NCBI GenBank assembly: GCA_963650385.1
Contig: CAVJLL010000005.1
Span: forward strand, 5,959-69,958
Origin: Clostridium sp. CAG:508
GTDB lineage: Bacteria; Bacillota; Clostridia; Lachnospirales; Lachnospiraceae
Reading direction: 5' to 3'
Length of the DNA: 64,000 nt
Below the pieces are notes generated by a model. It was given only the letters and a program-made list of their open reading frames with translations. It was not told the origin of the DNA and ran no database searches. Every line of letters begins with the position of its first letter. The first letter of the stretch is position 1. Below, in pieces: positions 60,570 to 64,000 of this stretch. Both the position numbers and the translations under genes were made by a program.

Positions 60570-61442
60570 TTAATCCGGATTACGCATAACGGCAACTCCC
60601 ACCAGCCCGGGGCCGGTGTTCAGCGCCAGCGTCGCCGTAATCTGCTCCTCAAAGAGAATCTCCTTATGAATGAGCTTCTCATGCTTCTCCAGAAGGTTCT
60701 GCATAGCCACAGCTTCCTCGTGGGCATCGCCCTCCTCCACGACCATCCAGGTCTTATGCCCGAAGCTGTAGCGGACCACCTCCTCTGCCAGGCGCAGCTT
60801 GGCCATTTTGGAGCCGCGGATCTTGGCCACGGTGTAGTACGTGCCGTCCGGTCCGCAGGAGATGATCGGCTTGAGCTTCAGTGCCTCGCCGATGGTCCCG
60901 GCCACCTTCCCGATGCGGCCGCCGTGCTGCAGGTATTTGAGCGTATCCATATAGAAAAATACGTTGGCGTCCCCCAGCTTCTCCGGGAGCTTTCTGCAGA
61001 TCTCCTCAAAGGAATCCCCCTTCTGCAGACGGCCCGCTGCCCAGATGGCATAGAGCCCTGCTCCGCAGGAGATGTTCCTGGTATCAAATACGAAAATCTC
61101 CATCTCCTCATACTCCGAGGCCGCCAGGCGAATCGTATTGTAGGTGCCGGAAAGATTGCTGGAAATGGCAAGCGCCAGCACCTTCTCGTATCCCATATCC
61201 CGCAGTGCATCAAACTTATCCGTCACCTCTGCAATCGACGGCGTCGATGTCGTCGGCAGTTCATCCGGAAACCGCCGGTATACCATCATCGGATCGATGT
61301 CCACGCTGTCCAGATAATCCTTCTCCGGGTACATGATGTGCAGCGGCAGAATCTCAATGCCGTACCGTTCCCGGACGTCTGCCGGAATATCACAGCCCGA
61401 GTCGATCAGAACGGCTGTTTTCTGCGGATTCATTTCCTTCAT
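60570..61442 (-). CDS. DegV-family fatty-acid-binding protein
   Basis: TAVLIDSGCDIP...TTSTPS...GTYYTV pattern. The start is ambiguous among ATGs at 61466, 61442 and 61433; 61442 has the best RBS spacing. Confidence 0.85.
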   Translation of the reverse strand: MKEMNPQKTAVLIDSGCDIPADVRERYGIEILPLHIMYPEKDYLDSVDIDPMMVYRRFPDELPTTSTPSIAEVTDKFDALRDMGYEKVLALAISSNLSGTYNTIRLAASEYEEMEIFVFDTRNISCGAGLYAIWAAGRLQKGDSFEEICRKLPEKLGDANVFFYMDTLKYLQHGGRIGKVAGTIGEALKLKPIISCGPDGTYYTVAKIRGSKMAKLRLAEEVVRYSFGHKTWMVVEEGDAHEEAVAMQNLLEKHEKLIHKEILFEEQITATLALNTGPGLVGVAVMRNPD

Positions 61443-61528
61443 TTCATTGGTTCCTTCCCTTGTCATGTGATGTAGTTTTTAAAACTACATCACACAGAAT
61501 ACGCCATACTATGCCTGCCGTCAATGGT

Positions 61529-61568
61529 AAGGACGGACAACTCCGCCAGGCCTCGTCGCCGGCCGGCC
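61529..61568. repeat. Family R1 (copy e, partial)
   Basis: AAGGACGGACAACTCCGCCAGGCCTCGTCGCCGGCCGGCC, located between degV and the RlmI-like gene. Confidence 0.65.
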
Positions 61569-61583
61569 TTTATACAGCTTCCC

Positions 61584-62837
61584 TTATCGATCCTCCACAA
61601 CCTGGAAGATATAGAACTTAAGGTAATACGACGCATCGTTGGCCCACAGGATCGGATGATCCGGCCCCTGCTGCCGGAATTCCACCTGGCGAAGGCGCTT
61701 GTGCGCATCGCGGGCTGCCTGTGCAATGGCCTGCTGGAACAGGTCCGCCGTCATGAAGTGTGAGCAGGAGCAGGTTGCCAGGAACCCTCCGTCCTCCACC
61801 AGGAGCATTCCCTGCCGGTTGATCTCCCGGTATCCGGCGCTGGCCGCCTTTACGGAATTGCGGGACTTCGTGAAGGCCGGCGGATCCAGGATGACGACAT
61901 CATAGTGCTCTCCTGCCTCCCGGCGCCTTGGAAGCTCATCAAATACGTCCCCCACCACATATTCAATGCGGTCGTCAAAGCCATTGAGCCTTGCATTTTC
62001 CTTCGCCTGGTCAATCGCCAGTGCCGATGCGTCCATGGACACCACATGCTCCGCGCCGGCCGCCGCCGCATTGAGTCCAAAGGACCCGGTATGGGTGAAG
62101 CAGTCAAGAACCCGTGCCCCCCTGCAGATCGGCCAGATCGCCTTGCGGTTCAGCTTCTGATCCAGGAAAAATCCCGTCTTCTGCCCATCCTTCACATCAA
62201 CAATGTACTTCACGCCGTTCTCCGTGATGGCCACATTGGTGTCGAACTCTTCCGAAAGGAAACCGCTGGTGCGGGGAAGCCCTTCTTTTTCCCGGACCTT
62301 GGCATCGCTTCTCTCATAAATGCCGCGGATCCGGATTCCGTCCTCCTCCAGAACCTGCACCAAACTGGCCAGCAGGAGGTCCTTGCGTTTCTCTGTCCCC
62401 AGCGCCAGCGACTCCACCACCAAAACGTCCTCATATTTATCCACCGTCAGTCCCGGGAGGAAATCCGCCTCCCCGAAAATCACACGGCAGGACGACGTAT
62501 CGATCACTGCCTTCCGGTAATTCCAGGCGCTGCGGACCCTTCCCTTTAAGAAGGCCGGTGTGATGACGTCCTGCTCCTTTCTCGCCAGCATCCGGATCCG
62601 GATGGTCGATTTCCGGTTAATAAAGCCGTACCCCAGGAAAAATCCGTCGAAGTCCTCCACTCTTATAATGTCGCCGTCCTCGAATTCTCCGCGGACGGAT
62701 TCGATTTCATTGTCGTAAATCCACGCACCGCCGGCCTTATATTCCCGCGCCTGCCGGCGGCGGATCACCGCTGCCGCATCCGTCACAAGGCTCTCGGTTC
62801 CTTCTGTCTGATAGTCTCTGTACTCCTGAATTGTCAT
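61584..62837 (-). CDS. Class I SAM-dependent rRNA (m5C) methyltransferase, RlmI/YwbD-like with PUA domain
   Basis: 417 aa with VLDCFTHTGSFGL (SAM motif I), VILDPPAF (motif IV) and an N-terminal PUA-like region. Confidence 0.85.
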   Translation of the reverse strand: MTIQEYRDYQTEGTESLVTDAAAVIRRRQAREYKAGGAWIYDNEIESVRGEFEDGDIIRVEDFDGFFLGYGFINRKSTIRIRMLARKEQDVITPAFLKGRVRSAWNYRKAVIDTSSCRVIFGEADFLPGLTVDKYEDVLVVESLALGTEKRKDLLLASLVQVLEEDGIRIRGIYERSDAKVREKEGLPRTSGFLSEEFDTNVAITENGVKYIVDVKDGQKTGFFLDQKLNRKAIWPICRGARVLDCFTHTGSFGLNAAAAGAEHVVSMDASALAIDQAKENARLNGFDDRIEYVVGDVFDELPRRREAGEHYDVVILDPPAFTKSRNSVKAASAGYREINRQGMLLVEDGGFLATCSCSHFMTADLFQQAIAQAARDAHKRLRQVEFRQQGPDHPILWANDASYYLKFYIFQVVEDR

Positions 62838-62889
62838 CTGCTGTCCCTTTCATCCGGTGCCGATAAGGCCTCGGCCGCAATCTTCAAAA

Positions 62890-62959
62890 GATACGTATCT
62901 ATTTAGCCCCCATCTCGAATTTGCTTCGCAAATCCTCGATGTGGCTGCTAAACAGATAC
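62890..62959. repeat. Family R2 (copy f)
   Basis: GATACGTATCTATTTAGCCCCCATCTCGAATTTGCTTCGCAAATCCTCGATGTGGCTGCTAAACAGATAC. Confidence 0.7.
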
Positions 62960-63149
62960 AAAGATGCCGGATTGCTGCGCGCTGTGCGTTCCCGCAGTTC
63001 CGGTATCATCAGAATAAGCCATTTCTTGCCAAATCTCGAGACATTTCTTGGAAATCCGCCGTAAAAGCCCCTTTGCAGCTTCGCCGCCTATTACCATTCG
63101 CATGCCTTCGTAGTAGACTGGAGTGCAAATTTTTTCGTTACCGTCCATT

Positions 63150-63224
63150 CACCAGCCAAGCGACAGGGCGGCAGAGAATGCCCCCAGAACGGACAACTCC
63201 GCCGGGACCCGTCGCTTGCTGGTG
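63150..63224. repeat. Family R1 (copy f, long-loop variant, inverted relative to copy a)
   Basis: CACCAGCCAAGCGACAGGG...GAACGGACAACTCCGCCGGGACCCGTCGCTTGCTGGTG. The flanking CTGCACAGTAAC mirrors GTTACTGTACAG at 7690. Confidence 0.72.
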
Positions 63225-63266
63225 CCTGCACAGTAACAATTGTCTGAACGAGAAAGGACCGAGCAA

Positions 63267-63650
63267 ATGAAATACGTCTACCAATGTGCACGAATTCTCG
63301 CCTTCTGCTGCGTGGGCGAGATTCTGCACACATTTCTTCCGCTGCCGATTCCGGCCAGTGTTTACGGACTGGTTCTGCTGCTGCTGGCGCTGTGTGCCGG
63401 AGTCGTTACGCTCGATCAGGTGCGAGAATCCGCCCTGTTCCTGACCGGGATATTCCCGCTTCTCTTCGTTCCTGCTGCCGCAGGCGTCATGGAGCTCTGG
63501 GATGAGCTGGCTGATCTGCTGCTGCCCGCCGTTATCACCATTCTGCCGATAACGCTTCTGGTTTTCGCGGCTGCGGGCCGGACAACGCAGGCGATGATAC
63601 ACAGAAAGAATAAAAAGGAGGCTGCCAAAACCAATGAATGCATTTCCTGA
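63267..63650 (+). CDS. lrgA: CidA/LrgA-family holin-like protein
   Basis: 127 aa with 4 TM segments (LPLPIPASVYGLVLLLLAL...). It is followed by an overlapping LrgB-like gene. Confidence 0.85.
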   Translation: MKYVYQCARILAFCCVGEILHTFLPLPIPASVYGLVLLLLALCAGVVTLDQVRESALFLTGIFPLLFVPAAAGVMELWDELADLLLPAVITILPITLLVFAAAGRTTQAMIHRKNKKEAAKTNECIS

Positions 63651-64000
63651 ATTTCTGGAGAATTCCGCGGTCTGGGGCGTCCTGCTGACACTGGCCGCCT
63701 TTGCTCTGGGTGCCTTGATCAACCGCAAGACCGGCAAGGCTATTTTCAACCCGCTGCTCCTAGGCAGCATCTTCGTCATCATTTTCCTCAGCGTGCTGAA
63801 CATCCCCTACGCGGATTACAAGGCCAGTGCGCAGCCGATCAATTATCTGCTGCTCCCGGCCACCGTCAGTCTCGCCGTTCCGCTTTATGAGAAGCTCGAG
63901 CTCCTGAAAAAAAATATGGCTGCCATCATCGCCGGCATTACCGCCGGGACTCTGGTCAGCCTTGTCAGTGTTCTGATCCTGTCATTGGTCCTGCGTCTGG
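63634..64000 (+). CDS. lrgB: LrgB/CidB-family membrane protein (5' part; continues past the window end)
   Basis: Hand translation from ATG 63634: MNAFPEFLENSAVWGVLLTLAAFALGALINRKTGKAIFNPLLLGSIFVIIFL... GGAGG lies upstream, and the gene overlaps the lrgA 3' end. Confidence 0.8.
   Translation, partial: MNAFPEFLENSAVWGVLLTLAAFALGALINRKTGKAIFNPLLLGSIFVIIFLSVLNIPYADYKASAQPINYLLLPATVSLAVPLYEKLELLKKNMAAIIAGITAGTLVSLVSVLILSLVLRL

Overview
This is a 64-kb chromosomal segment from a monoderm, fairly high-GC Firmicute. It looks Clostridia-like: GGAGG ribosome-binding sites, ECF transporters, sortase pili, a feo operon and many ATGA/GTGA-coupled operons. I could not run homology searches, so every call rests on motifs read from the ORF-track translations and the DNA, and is drawn from memory of the protein families.

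Gene order:
- 1-7.3 kb: a truncated response regulator, mutS2, an aminotransferase/Lrp/AIR-synthase-like/VanW operon.
- ~7.5 kb: tRNA-Gly(GCC), embedded in intergenic hairpin repeats.
- 7.9-10 kb: an orphan ECF S component and a GH27 alpha-galactosidase-like gene.
- 10.0-16.0 kb: a sortase-dependent pilus operon (vWA tip adhesin, major pilin, class C sortase, third pilin) with a divergent LytTR regulator.
- 16.6-22.1 kb: cyclophilin, proA, an HMA metallochaperone, and feoA-feoA-feoB plus two small ORFs.
- 22.6-25.8 kb: an ECF S / fused-ATPase / EcfT transporter.
- 26.0-31.4 kb: a 1032-aa EAL phosphodiesterase with two degenerate GGDEF domains, an EamA transporter and ilvE.
- 48.8-59.0 kb: a ten-gene exopolysaccharide cluster.
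- 59.2-64.0 kb: galK, degV, an RlmI-like methyltransferase and lrgAB.

The standout is 31.4-48.7 kb, a block with visibly lower GC that holds a RiPP-type locus whose composition I do not recognise as described:
- A 317-aa precursor with an NHLP-type leader ending in a double glycine, followed by a 232-residue Gly/Ala/Cys-rich core carrying 26 Cys. These are mostly in C-x4-C ladders.
- Convergent to it, a tightly coupled operon with a short HlyD-like adaptor, a C39-peptidase ABC exporter and a second ABC exporter.
- In the same operon, a radical SAM/SPASM maturase and a second radical SAM enzyme that may be PoyD-like (epimerase).
- As the last cistron, a 2712-aa secreted protein with a clostripain-like (C11) domain and about 1.54-kb near-identical tandem repeat modules punctuated by CGC motifs.

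Three families of dispersed intergenic hairpin repeats (labelled R1, R2 and R3 here) recur across the window. I found no transposase, integrase, CRISPR array or rRNA.
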